64,000 nt of DNA from positions 1,972 to 65,971 of the forward strand of contig CAVCIY010000026.1 in assembly GCA_963602445.1 (NCBI GenBank), written 5' to 3'. The position numbers were made by a program, and so were the translations under genes. Of the stretch, positions 39,029 to 48,227 are shown one piece after another. The number at the start of each line of letters is the position of its first letter. Position 1 is the stretch's first letter. This DNA comes from Lachnospiraceae bacterium. Lineage in GTDB: Bacteria > Bacillota > Clostridia > Peptostreptococcales > Anaerovoracaceae. The notes under the pieces are model-generated. The model made no database searches. It was not told where the DNA came from and was given only the letters and a program-made list of their open reading frames with translations.

Positions 39029-40384
39029 TTACTTCTTAGCTGCGTCGTTTTCTTTCTTGTCAGAGCGTCCGAGAACAGCATTGATGATGATTCCGAGAAT
39101 GAGTGAGCATGCAACCTCTGTAAGTGTAACAGCGCCGATCTGAAGAGCCATGCCGCCGATACCTGTGATGAGGATAGCTGCTACTACGAAGAGATTTCTG
39201 TTGTTGCCGAGATCGACATCCTGAATCATCTTGAGACCCGAAACAGCGATGAAACCGTAAAGTGTGATACATACGCCGCCCATTACACAAGAAGGAATAG
39301 TAGCGAGGAATGTTACAAACGGTCCGAAGAATGAGATGATCATGCAAAGGATAGCTGTAGCTAAGATAGTAACAACCGAAGCATTTCCTGTGATAGCCAC
39401 GCAGCCGATAGATTCGCCGTATGTGGTATTTGGACATCCGCCAAAGAATGCGCCTGCCATCGAGCCTACACCGTCACCGAGAAGAGTTCTGTGGAGACCC
39501 GGATCTTCAAGAAGCTCAACTTCTATGATTGAAGACAGGTTTTTGTGGTCAGCGATGTGCTCAGCAAATACTACGAACGCTACAGGAACATATGCCACAG
39601 CGATAGTTGCGATATACTGGCCGTCTATCTGTGAAAGACCCTTTGCTGCTGTAATGAATGTAAAATCAGGAATCCACTGCATACTCTGGAATAATGAGAA
39701 ATCAATTACTATAAGTGCATCATTTCCTGTAGTTGTACCTATGATTGTAAAGATAGCAGCGACAACATAACCTGCGAGGATACCGATGATGAACGGAATA
39801 AGCTTAGCCATTCTCTTGCCGAATACCGAGCAGATCATAACTGTAAACAGAGTAACAAGTGCGCAGATAAGTCCGATCCAGCCGGAAGTATTCATGACGA
39901 AAGCACTGTCGCCTGCTTCAGCAAGTGATAATGCATCGCTTACCGCATTGCCTGCGAGCGAAAGTCCGATAAGAGCAACCGTAGGTCCGATAACTACAGT
40001 CGGCATGATCTTGTTTATCCATGCAACACCCGCAATCTTTACAACGATAGCGATCACAACATATACAAGACCTGCGAAGAAAGCACCGATAATGATGCCC
40101 GCATATCCGGCTTCCGTACTGATTGCTCCCGCAAACGCAGCGAACATAGAGCCAAGAAATGCAAATGATGAGCCAAGGAATACCGGGCTTCTGAACTTAG
40201 TAAAAAGCAGATAAATTATAGTTCCGACACCTGCGCCAAACAGTGCGGCAGACTGGCTCATGCCATTTCCTATGATTGTAGGAACAGCGATAGTAGCTGC
40301 GAGAATAGCAAGAACCTGCTGTAAAGCGAATATAATAACTTCGCCAAACTTTGGTCTGTCTTTTACTCCGTAAACGAGTTTCAT
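39029..40384 (-). CDS. NCS2 family nucleobase (uracil/xanthine) permease
   Basis: This polytopic permease begins MKLVYGVKDRPKFGEVIIFALQQVLA. ATG 40384 follows aaaggagga. The upstream ORF extension to 40657 only reads through a DNA repeat. Confidence 0.85.
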   Translation of the reverse strand: MKLVYGVKDRPKFGEVIIFALQQVLAILAATIAVPTIIGNGMSQSAALFGAGVGTIIYLLFTKFRSPVFLGSSFAFLGSMFAAFAGAISTEAGYAGIIIGAFFAGLVYVVIAIVVKIAGVAWINKIMPTVVIGPTVALIGLSLAGNAVSDALSLAEAGDSAFVMNTSGWIGLICALVTLFTVMICSVFGKRMAKLIPFIIGILAGYVVAAIFTIIGTTTGNDALIVIDFSLFQSMQWIPDFTFITAAKGLSQIDGQYIATIAVAYVPVAFVVFAEHIADHKNLSSIIEVELLEDPGLHRTLLGDGVGSMAGAFFGGCPNTTYGESIGCVAITGNASVVTILATAILCMIISFFGPFVTFLATIPSCVMGGVCITLYGFIAVSGLKMIQDVDLGNNRNLFVVAAILITGIGGMALQIGAVTLTEVACSLILGIIINAVLGRSDKKENDAAKK

Positions 40385-40489
40385 AAAATCCTCCTTTAGT
40401 AATAATAAAAAATAGCTGATAATAATTAAAAAAATAACTGATGAGATGATATAAATTGAGCAAATGATATCTTTAATCATCCGGCATAC

Positions 40490-40612
40490 TTCCGGCAAGT
40501 GCAAGGCAGATGCCTGAAACATACAGCTGCACTTCGGCAAGTGCAAGGCAGATGCCTGAAACATACAGCAGCACTTCGGCAAGTACGAGGCAGATGCCCG
40601 CAAACGTGTGAC
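40490..40612. repeat. Tandem repeat, 42 bp x about 2.9, in the permease leader
   Basis: cttc(c)ggcaagtgcaaggcagatgcctgaaacatacagc(t/a)gca is repeated. Confidence 0.85.
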
Positions 40613-40721
40613 ATGCTCTTGATAATCGTATAACAGATATCGGCAAGCACCTGACATGCTTTAGATAGTTGTATAACGCTAAAAAAGTTGATTTCTTCAC
40701 GAAAATACAAATGTCAATGCT

Positions 40722-40755
40722 CAAAAAAAAAACCTTGCCGCACATACGACAAGGT
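40722..40755 (-). terminator. Strong intrinsic terminator lying upstream of the nucleobase permease. It is either a leader attenuator or the end of a short transcript.
   Basis: On the minus strand, accttgtcg pairs with cggcaaggt and is followed by ten T residues. Confidence 0.65.
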
Positions 40756-41339
40756 GAAATCACTTAGGTAAGTAAAATATATAAGAATAGTTGAAAGAAT
40801 AAAAAAATCTTGAAATTTCAACGATTCATTCAATTTTTCGCCCTGCCGGTTTTCTGCACCGAAACTAGAGGTTTTTTTACCTCATCTATAATAACATAAT
40901 TCTGAAAAAATGGAAGAGCAATTTTACAATTATTTAAAAAAAACATCAAAAGTATGTCGATAATTTAACTTAGGCTTGTGAATCATAAAGCAAGATTTTT
41001 TTCAGTGCTTGTTAAAAACCGCACAAACATTGATATTTCAACAAATTTTCGATATAATTTTGTGTAAAACTGAAGTTTTGCCTTCAATTTTTTGTACTTA
41101 TTTAATATGTCCGCTAAGTATTATTACTTAGTACAATTTCGCTTTCGACAAAAAATATTAGTCTTTTAAGAAAATTTTTTCGAAATCAACATATTATTAA
41201 GAATATTTCAAAGCAAATCACCTGCAGCCGCAAAAGTTTCGTATTACAACCTATGACATTTACCAAAATTTTTTCGATTGTTAGTATGCTTATCATTTAA
41301 TTATTTTGATATTTTTGTGGTTTTGCAGTGAAAATTGTT

Positions 41340-41368
41340 TTGTAATTATTTCAAAATTCGTCTATAAT
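41340..41368 (+). promoter_or_regulatory. Sigma-70-type promoter candidate for the ArsB/NhaD transporter gene
   Basis: TTGTAA (41340-41345), a 17-nt spacer, then TATAAT (41363-41368), about 40 nt upstream of the ATG. Confidence 0.45.
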
Positions 41369-41411
41369 AAATATGTTATTAATACCTAATATTTTTATTA
41401 AGGAGGTTTAC

Positions 41412-42776
41412 ATGTTAGCAAAAATTATTGCGATTATTATCTTCTTAGCCATGTTTGTTTTAATAGTCATGGAGAAGATAGAAAAACAATGGATTACACT
41501 TTCATGTGGTCTGCTTACGCTGGTTCTTGTATTTGGCGTGGGCATGCGTTCAATGAAAGCAGTTATCGAGACTTTGAATTTCAAGACGATATTCACTCTC
41601 GGTTTCTGGTACGGATCCGGTGAGTCGAGTACCGGTGTAAACTGGGCAACCATCATATTCCTTTTCGGCATGATGGTTATGGTAGAGGGCATGGCCAGAG
41701 TAGGATTCTTCAGATGGCTTTGCATGAGAATAGCTAAGGCTGTAAATTATAAGGTAGTTCCTATCTTTATCACATTTATGGTTCTTTCGGCAATCCTTTC
41801 GATGTTTATCGACTCTATCACAGTTATCCTGTTCCTCGCAGCAGTAACTATAGAGCTCGCTCAGCTGCTCAAGTTCAATCCTGTTCCTATGATTCTCGCA
41901 GAAGTATTCTGTGCGAACCTCGGCGGTTCGGCAACTATGTGCGGTGACCCACCAAATATCATCATCGGAACAAGCTTCGGACTTTCGTTCGCTGACTTCC
42001 TCTTAAATACAGGCGCTATAGCATTGGTAAGCCTTATCATCTCTGTTGTCTATTTCCACTTTGTATTCAAGAAGCAGCTGGCAACAGAAGGAACTGTTGA
42101 TACATCTTCACTTCCTGATCCTTCAACTGCGATCACAGACAAGAGCGGTTTTATCAAGAGCACAGTCATCTTCTTACTTGCTGTAGTTGCTCTTATCACT
42201 CATGCACAGACTGAGCTTTCAGTAGCAACTATTGGTGTTGCGGTAGCTATATTGACAATCGTAGTTGCCCCTAGCCACGCTAAGGAAATCATAAAGGGTG
42301 TTGACTTCAAGACTCTCGGTTTCTTCGTAGGTCTTTTCATAGTTGTAGGCGGTCTTGAGCAGACAGGTGTACTCGAGCTTATCGCAAGCCTCATCGAAAA
42401 GGCAGCAGGCAGCAACATCTACATCCTCATAGCAATCATCCTCTGGATATCAGCTATATGCTCCGCATTCATCGACAATATTCCGTTTGCGGCAACTATG
42501 GTTCCTATCGTAAGATCGATCGCCGCAACTTATGCTGACCCTACAGGCGTTCTCCACGCACTTTCATGGTCACTGGCTATCGGTACTGACATCGGCGGAA
42601 GCGCAACTCCTATCGGAGCATCTGCAAATGTTGTAGGTATTGCAAAGGCTCAGGCAGCAGGATACAAGATCGGTTGGGGCAAGTACTGCAAGTCAATGGC
42701 TCCTGCTACGATCATAGTAGTTACAATTTCTATGATTTATCTCTTCTTAAGATATGTGCCGGGCTTAGGTCTCTAA
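41412..42776 (+). CDS. ArsB/NhaD superfamily anion/ion transporter
   Basis: The RBS aaggagg precedes ATG 41412. The polytopic protein carries a GDPPNII motif. Confidence 0.75.
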   Translation: MLAKIIAIIIFLAMFVLIVMEKIEKQWITLSCGLLTLVLVFGVGMRSMKAVIETLNFKTIFTLGFWYGSGESSTGVNWATIIFLFGMMVMVEGMARVGFFRWLCMRIAKAVNYKVVPIFITFMVLSAILSMFIDSITVILFLAAVTIELAQLLKFNPVPMILAEVFCANLGGSATMCGDPPNIIIGTSFGLSFADFLLNTGAIALVSLIISVVYFHFVFKKQLATEGTVDTSSLPDPSTAITDKSGFIKSTVIFLLAVVALITHAQTELSVATIGVAVAILTIVVAPSHAKEIIKGVDFKTLGFFVGLFIVVGGLEQTGVLELIASLIEKAAGSNIYILIAIILWISAICSAFIDNIPFAATMVPIVRSIAATYADPTGVLHALSWSLAIGTDIGGSATPIGASANVVGIAKAQAAGYKIGWGKYCKSMAPATIIVVTISMIYLFLRYVPGLGL

Positions 42777-42904
42777 TTTAAGATATGATATTTTAAAGTT
42801 GTTAGAATAATCAGAATGTTCAGGACAAGAATATTCAGGACAACTGAAATATTATATTATTAGATATCATTAGAAATTAAAAAGACATTAAAAATGTCAA
42901 ATGT

Positions 42905-42975
42905 AAAAACCCCCGGTCGGGGAATCACAAAGATATGTGATTCCCCGACCGGGGGTGAAATATTTTTTTCGCTGA
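42905..42975. terminator. Bidirectional terminator (20-bp perfect stem)
   Basis: cccccggtcggggaatcaca (42910-42929) pairs with tgtgattccccgaccggggg (42936-42955). The stem is flanked by aaaaa upstream and ttttttt downstream. Confidence 0.8.
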
Positions 42976-43026
42976 ATTTCAATGCCGTCTATCCGGCGCA
43001 TATCCGTTACTTCTGCTTTACATCTG

Positions 43027-44295
43027 TTACTTCGTGTCTATCGCCACGCACCACGCATATCGGCAGCGCCGGTTTCCGATTTCGGTCCGGTTATCGGATT
43101 CTCCGCATTCTTCAAATCCGTCAAGCTCGCCGAAAACATATATTCTGTCATCAATATCTTGATGAACAACGATATCCTCGCCGGCGGTTTTTATATCTAT
43201 CGAAAAGCTGCCAAGTGCACTCTTTAGACCGCATCCTACCGTCTTTAAAAAGCTTTCCTTAAGAGTCCACAGACGGAAGAACATTTCGTCCCTGCTCTTA
43301 CTTCCCGAGCCTTCGCCGCCGCATTTTTGCCCCGACTCCAACTCCGACTCCGACTCCGACATTATCAGGTTATACTCACTTTCATCATAAAATCTCCTGG
43401 CAATATCCATATTTGCTTTGGTGACTTCTTGAACATCACAGCCGACATCTATTTCGTTCAAACAAGCCTTCGACAAAAGCTTTTTTAGCTTGTCCGAACC
43501 TTTTGATGCAGGATGCTTGCCTCTAGCTTTTTCATCGTCCGAGCAAAGTATGATATGCTTGATATCAAGCCTCTCACCGAAGTAATCAATAGCATCCGAG
43601 ACTTTCCCAGCATCGTTCGCAATTCTCACGGCAGAATCAGCAGATTTTTCGGTGGAATCTGCAATTCTATCGACATCATCCGAAATGCTTTCGACATAAT
43701 CAGGAATATTTTCAGCAGTATATGCAACACTCTCGGCGGAACCAGCAGCATTTTCGGCGACATCCGCAATGTTTTCAAAAGAATACGCAGTCCCGGATTT
43801 CGTAATTACATTTCGATCGTTCTCACAGGACCTTATACCTTTCAAATCATATGCCGATATGCACATGACCTTCGTGCCGGAATGCGACAGATTAAACCTA
43901 AATGAGTCATAAAGATTCGGAATATACGGCTTTCCGCCTGCTCCAAGCTTTACTTTTTCAAGGATTTCTATCACTTCGGCAAAAATTCTTTCGGCATCGG
44001 CAAGCGGCGCATAATCAGTCGGTCTTTTGCCGTCGTACGGCATGCAAGCAGTCGGCGGTTTGCCGAAAGCAAGCGGAGCACTGTCGGTTATCGTCACATA
44101 ACCGGCGGCCGATATATAATCAACAAGCGCCTTATAAAGCAAAATACCCGCTCCAAGCGACGCCCGTTTGTCGATTTTACGTATTTTTTTGTCAATTTTT
44201 TCTTTGCGATACCCGGGCATCATATCATAATATTTTTCATATAATGACTCCTCTTCAAGCACCGATGTATCGAAAATATATAAATTTATGTTCAT
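43027..44295 (-). CDS. Sfp-type 4'-phosphopantetheinyl transferase with large low-complexity insertions
   Basis: FNLSHSG, IDVGCDVQEV and FFRLWTLKESFLK are PPTase motifs. About 130 aa of repetitive acidic sequence lies between the two half-domains, and an SESESELES tract is also present. Confidence 0.7.
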   Translation of the reverse strand: MNINLYIFDTSVLEEESLYEKYYDMMPGYRKEKIDKKIRKIDKRASLGAGILLYKALVDYISAAGYVTITDSAPLAFGKPPTACMPYDGKRPTDYAPLADAERIFAEVIEILEKVKLGAGGKPYIPNLYDSFRFNLSHSGTKVMCISAYDLKGIRSCENDRNVITKSGTAYSFENIADVAENAAGSAESVAYTAENIPDYVESISDDVDRIADSTEKSADSAVRIANDAGKVSDAIDYFGERLDIKHIILCSDDEKARGKHPASKGSDKLKKLLSKACLNEIDVGCDVQEVTKANMDIARRFYDESEYNLIMSESESELESGQKCGGEGSGSKSRDEMFFRLWTLKESFLKTVGCGLKSALGSFSIDIKTAGEDIVVHQDIDDRIYVFGELDGFEECGESDNRTEIGNRRCRYAWCVAIDTK

Positions 44296-44321
44296 ACAGG
44301 CCGCCTTTTGTGGGGGTAGCT

Positions 44322-44714
44322 TTAGTTTTTCAGCATATTCTTAATCTTTTCTATAATTGTAATATCAGCCGGAAGCCACTTCACACTGTCAAGCATGTCA
44401 TATGAAAGCCATTTTGCTTCCTGAGCTTCATTAAGAACGATATCGCCGTTCACGATTTCGCACCAAAAGCAATCCATCGAGAGATGAAAATCGGGATAAT
44501 CATACTCGACGGTCTCAATTAAACTGCCGACGCTAATCTCAACATTAAGCTCTTCCTTGATTTCACGAACAAGAGCTTCTTCAGAAGTCTCACCTGGTTC
44601 AATCTTTCCTCCCGGAAATTCCCATCCGCCTTTAAACTCGCCATAACCGCGTGAAGCGGCAAAGATTCTCTCACCGCTGCGGATTACAGCCGCAACAACT
44701 CTAATCGTTTTCAT
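44322..44714 (-). CDS. NUDIX hydrolase (MutT-like (d)NTP pyrophosphohydrolase)
   Basis: The Nudix box is GGKIEPGETSEEALVREIKEELN. Confidence 0.85.
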   Translation of the reverse strand: MKTIRVVAAVIRSGERIFAASRGYGEFKGGWEFPGGKIEPGETSEEALVREIKEELNVEISVGSLIETVEYDYPDFHLSMDCFWCEIVNGDIVLNEAQEAKWLSYDMLDSVKWLPADITIIEKIKNMLKN

Positions 44715-44784
44715 GCACTTCTCCTTTCCTGCAGCCTGACGTCATGATGCCAATTTTACCGGTCACTGTCCGGTCTTGTGCGAC

Positions 44785-44932
44785 ATATTCACATATATCG
44801 CCGGCATGACCTCTTTCGCAGCATATTCAAAAAGCAGTACTGTCTAATCCGACACTGGATATTCATATGCATCGCCGGCATGACCTCCTCCGCGATACAT
44901 TTACAATCATTGCTGCCTAATCCTGCACAATA
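44785..44932. repeat. Tandem repeat, 74 bp x 2. The second copy overlaps the stop codon of the helicase gene.
   Basis: atattca(c/t)at(a/g)(t/c)atcgccggcatgacctc..ctaatcc occurs twice, 74 bp apart. Confidence 0.75.
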
Positions 44933-47900
44933 TAATCATAAATATCACTTCTAACAGGAACATCCAGTCTGTATAAAATCTCAAACGCACTGTCTTTTGT
45001 AGACTCCATATAAACCGGTTTCGGCTCACCCTGCGCAAATATCTCACCGAGAAAATAAAATTCTTTTGCTTCTTTATCATCTTTATTTTTTCTGACAAAC
45101 AGATATATCCTATTTTCTGCGTCTTCCGGATTTTTCTTGTAGATATGCATCGCATCCTGAGATGTAATTTTCCTCGGATGCTTTGACAATGCGATCAGCA
45201 AGTTTTCCGAGACAAATCTGTCCTCATATGCTATCGCATCCTCAGCCTTATCATAATTTATAAATACAGGCATGGTCTTTGTGTCAGAATCGTAAAAATA
45301 ACCGCCTATATTTTGCGCATTTAAATTTCTTTTCCAGCAAAGCAAACGGCAGACATCCTCGTAAGTATATTTTTGATACAATTGAAAACATGTGTCCTTA
45401 TATGAATGGCTGTAATTTTCATCATATCGCTGCTCTCCGAAGCTTAGCAGCTCCAAGACCATCTCCCTGAATTTCGGATTTTTCAATCTCTGCCAAAATT
45501 CTTCGGCGATTACGAAGCTTCCGTCTTCATTACGTTTCACAAAAACGCACTTGTCATATTTTTTTCGTTCCTCTTCCTTTGGGAAAAGATTCGTCAAATT
45601 TCTATATACAGACTCTTCAAGAGCAGGAGAAACGTAAAGATTATGCTTTGATGCCATCAGCTTATCAAGATAAACACGCATCCTGTTTTGCTGTTCTATC
45701 TGCAGATTTATTTGCTGCTCTGTTTGCAGATCTATTCGCTGTAATGTTCGCAGATCTGTTCGCTGTAATGTTTGCAGATCTGTTTGATTATTTCCTTGTT
45801 TATCAACTCGCCTATCTGTTTGTTGGATTATAAGAGAGCGCAGAAGCGCAATCTCGTGAATCCGCTTGTAAAGAACAAGCTTCCTTGACATATATTCAAC
45901 GATACTTTCCTCTTCACCTGATAACATGCAGCCGTAATCAGGCTCATATTTCTTTAAAAAAGCATAATATGAACCGAATTTTTCAAATATTTTCACAACA
46001 TCAATCGAACCGTATTGTTTAAATTCCAAAATTGTCGGAATTCTTCCCAGCTTGTGTTTGAGTGCATTATATGATTCTTTTATAATCCGCACATCATTTG
46101 TTCTTGCCTTATCGATAGATGCATAAATGCGTTTCTTCGATACCTCGTCAAAGTGTATGGTTGAGCTTCCGGGTATAATACGAGCGCCCTCCCTGATATA
46201 TCTTCTCATCGTATCTTTGTTCCAGCTGGAATCTCCAAAAAGAGATACCGGAATCATAAAATTATTTGTGTAATTTCCGATGAAATCAAGAATCACCACA
46301 TACTCTTTTCCCGGATATTTGCGAAGCCCGCGTCCGAGCTGCTGGATAAATATAACAGGAGACTGCGTGGGTCTGAGCATTATTACCTGATTGATTTCCG
46401 GTATGTCTACGCCTTCATTGAATATATCTACTGTAAATATATAGTCAAGCTGTGATTTACTTTTGCTGTCATTTACGAGAGCTGAAATGACATCCTCACG
46501 ATAAGCCTGCTTGTCGTCACCCGTAAGAACAGCCGTTCTGTAATAATTTCCGTCCTTCTTTTTTCTCTCATTGAATTTCCTTGAAAGTTCCCTCGCCTCT
46601 TCTTTTCTGCTGCAAAAAACAAGTCCCTTTACTCTTTCACCGCTGAATCCAAAATATTGAGCCTTTTCAATCACATAATCCACGCGGATATCCGAAACAA
46701 GAGCAGAGAAATTTTTTAGTCCCGTAGAATCATCGAAAACTTTACCGTCAATTTCAAGCTCTGATATTCCGAAATAATGGAACGGACAAAGCAAATCTTC
46801 CTCAAGTGCCTGAGAAAGTCTTATCTCATAGGCAATATTGTGGTCAAAAAGCTCATAGATGTCATAATTGTTTGTGTCAGGGCTCGCTGTCATTCCAAGC
46901 CAGAATCTAGGCTTAAAATAATTCATGATACGCCTGTAGCTCTCCGAGCCCGCATGGTGACATTCATCAAGTATGACAGCATCAAACGCGTTCTTGTCAA
47001 ATCTGTTGTAAATTTCGGGCTTTGACATCATCTGCATAGTTGAAAACAGAAGGTCTGCATTCATATCTCTGTGACTTCCGGAAAGGAGGCCGTATGTCTT
47101 TGAATTTCCGAAAATAAGACGGTATGCTGACATAGCCTGCTTTGCTATCTGTTCTCTGTGCACGACAAATAATATCCTTCTTGGCTTCATTTCTCTCATA
47201 GCAAATGCAGAAGCCATCGTTTTACCGGTGCCCGTGGCAGACAAAAGAAGCGCCTTGTCCTTTCCTTCTTCATAAATCTTTTGCATATTCGCAATAAAGC
47301 CCACCTGCATTGAATTCGGCTTTAATCGATATGCGTCAATAGACGGGATTTTTGCGGCTCTTGTAATCTCTTTTTGTTCACGGATGATTTTATTTCGTGT
47401 GTAAATTTCAGTATATTCGTCAATGAATTTGTCAAAACTCTGTGATTTTTCCGAATTCCACAGTTCATCGAACTCACTAATGATGTCTTGCGTGTACTCG
47501 CCGCTTCGCGTCGACACAATCTTTGTATTCCATTCGCGGTTCAGCGTAAGAGCACTTTGCGTTACATTTGAGCTGCCCACAATGATGCGATACATGTCGT
47601 CTTTTTTGAAAATATAACCTTTTGTATGAAAACCCTCACTTCCGTCTCCCGTTCGGTACATTCTAAGCTCGATATTTTTAAATTCCGCAAGACGTCTCAG
47701 CGCCTTAGGTTGGCTAAAGGCTAGATAATCTGTCGTAAGTATCCTGCCCGGGATATTTCTCTTCTCCAGATCCTGCAAACTAAGAAGCAGCGGCGTAATT
47801 CCGCTCATCGTAATAAATGCTACACTTATACAAAATTCATCGCACGCCCCAAACTCCTCTTCAAGAGACGAGAGCACCTTCTGTCCTTCTCTGAAATTGT

Positions 47901-48003
47901 TTGAAATGAACTGCGGCTTGTATGCCAAATTTGATTTTATTTCATAATCGATAAAAGCAGTGCCAAGTCCTTGCTTCAGATAATTGATTTTCTTGGTATT
48001 CAT
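44917..48003 (-). CDS. PLD-like nuclease / SF2 (DEAH) helicase / DUF3427-like C-terminal domain protein
   Basis: The N-terminal HKD motif is FHTKGYIF..GSSNVT. The helicase has Walker A ATGTGKT and DECHH. The long C-terminal region resembles DUF3427-type proteins. The start is ATG 48003. Confidence 0.75.
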   Translation of the reverse strand: MNTKKINYLKQGLGTAFIDYEIKSNLAYKPQFISNNFREGQKVLSSLEEEFGACDEFCISVAFITMSGITPLLLSLQDLEKRNIPGRILTTDYLAFSQPKALRRLAEFKNIELRMYRTGDGSEGFHTKGYIFKKDDMYRIIVGSSNVTQSALTLNREWNTKIVSTRSGEYTQDIISEFDELWNSEKSQSFDKFIDEYTEIYTRNKIIREQKEITRAAKIPSIDAYRLKPNSMQVGFIANMQKIYEEGKDKALLLSATGTGKTMASAFAMREMKPRRILFVVHREQIAKQAMSAYRLIFGNSKTYGLLSGSHRDMNADLLFSTMQMMSKPEIYNRFDKNAFDAVILDECHHAGSESYRRIMNYFKPRFWLGMTASPDTNNYDIYELFDHNIAYEIRLSQALEEDLLCPFHYFGISELEIDGKVFDDSTGLKNFSALVSDIRVDYVIEKAQYFGFSGERVKGLVFCSRKEEARELSRKFNERKKKDGNYYRTAVLTGDDKQAYREDVISALVNDSKSKSQLDYIFTVDIFNEGVDIPEINQVIMLRPTQSPVIFIQQLGRGLRKYPGKEYVVILDFIGNYTNNFMIPVSLFGDSSWNKDTMRRYIREGARIIPGSSTIHFDEVSKKRIYASIDKARTNDVRIIKESYNALKHKLGRIPTILEFKQYGSIDVVKIFEKFGSYYAFLKKYEPDYGCMLSGEEESIVEYMSRKLVLYKRIHEIALLRSLIIQQTDRRVDKQGNNQTDLQTLQRTDLRTLQRIDLQTEQQINLQIEQQNRMRVYLDKLMASKHNLYVSPALEESVYRNLTNLFPKEEERKKYDKCVFVKRNEDGSFVIAEEFWQRLKNPKFREMVLELLSFGEQRYDENYSHSYKDTCFQLYQKYTYEDVCRLLCWKRNLNAQNIGGYFYDSDTKTMPVFINYDKAEDAIAYEDRFVSENLLIALSKHPRKITSQDAMHIYKKNPEDAENRIYLFVRKNKDDKEAKEFYFLGEIFAQGEPKPVYMESTKDSAFEILYRLDVPVRSDIYDYIVQD
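45700..45795. repeat. In-frame 24-bp x 4 repeat inside the helicase gene
   Basis: (t/c)gcagatct(a/g)tt(c/t)gctgtaatgtt units encode TDLQTLQR-like octapeptides. Confidence 0.85.
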
Positions 48004-48062
48004 TTGATTTGCGTCTCCCGGATGATGAATTTGTTTACACACAAGAAGATTATAACATATAA

Positions 48063-48099
48063 CAAGGCACAATCGCTCTTTTTTTAGCGATTGTGCCTT
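48063..48099 (-). terminator. Hairpin downstream of the rubrerythrin gene (possible terminator)
   Basis: aaggcacaatcgct pairs with agcgattgtgcctt. The U-tract is weak. Confidence 0.4.
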
Positions 48100-48227
48100 G
48101 CTTATGTCTTACTGTATTAAAATTTTGACACTGCCTTTTGCTTGCAGCTGTGTCTCACGTTCTCAGACTTTGTCTTTTTCTTATAAACGTGTACTTATAA
48201 ACGTGCCTTCCGGCCTCAGACTTTGAA

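Noticed and set aside
40385-40657. The long N-terminal extension of the permease ORF (542 aa version), plus ORFs 40473..40763 and 40477..40710
   Set aside because: These frames simply read through the 42-bp DNA minisatellite, giving repeated ASALHLPKC peptides, and they lack an RBS. A strong RBS and ATG at 40384 begins the conserved permease sequence.
40756-40900. A PyrR binding loop or purine riboswitch in the permease leader
   Set aside because: On the minus strand I saw neither a CAGAGAGG-type PyrR motif nor the purine riboswitch core (the UAUA..CGCGUGGAUAUGG-like junction). The region is left as an unexplained attenuator candidate.
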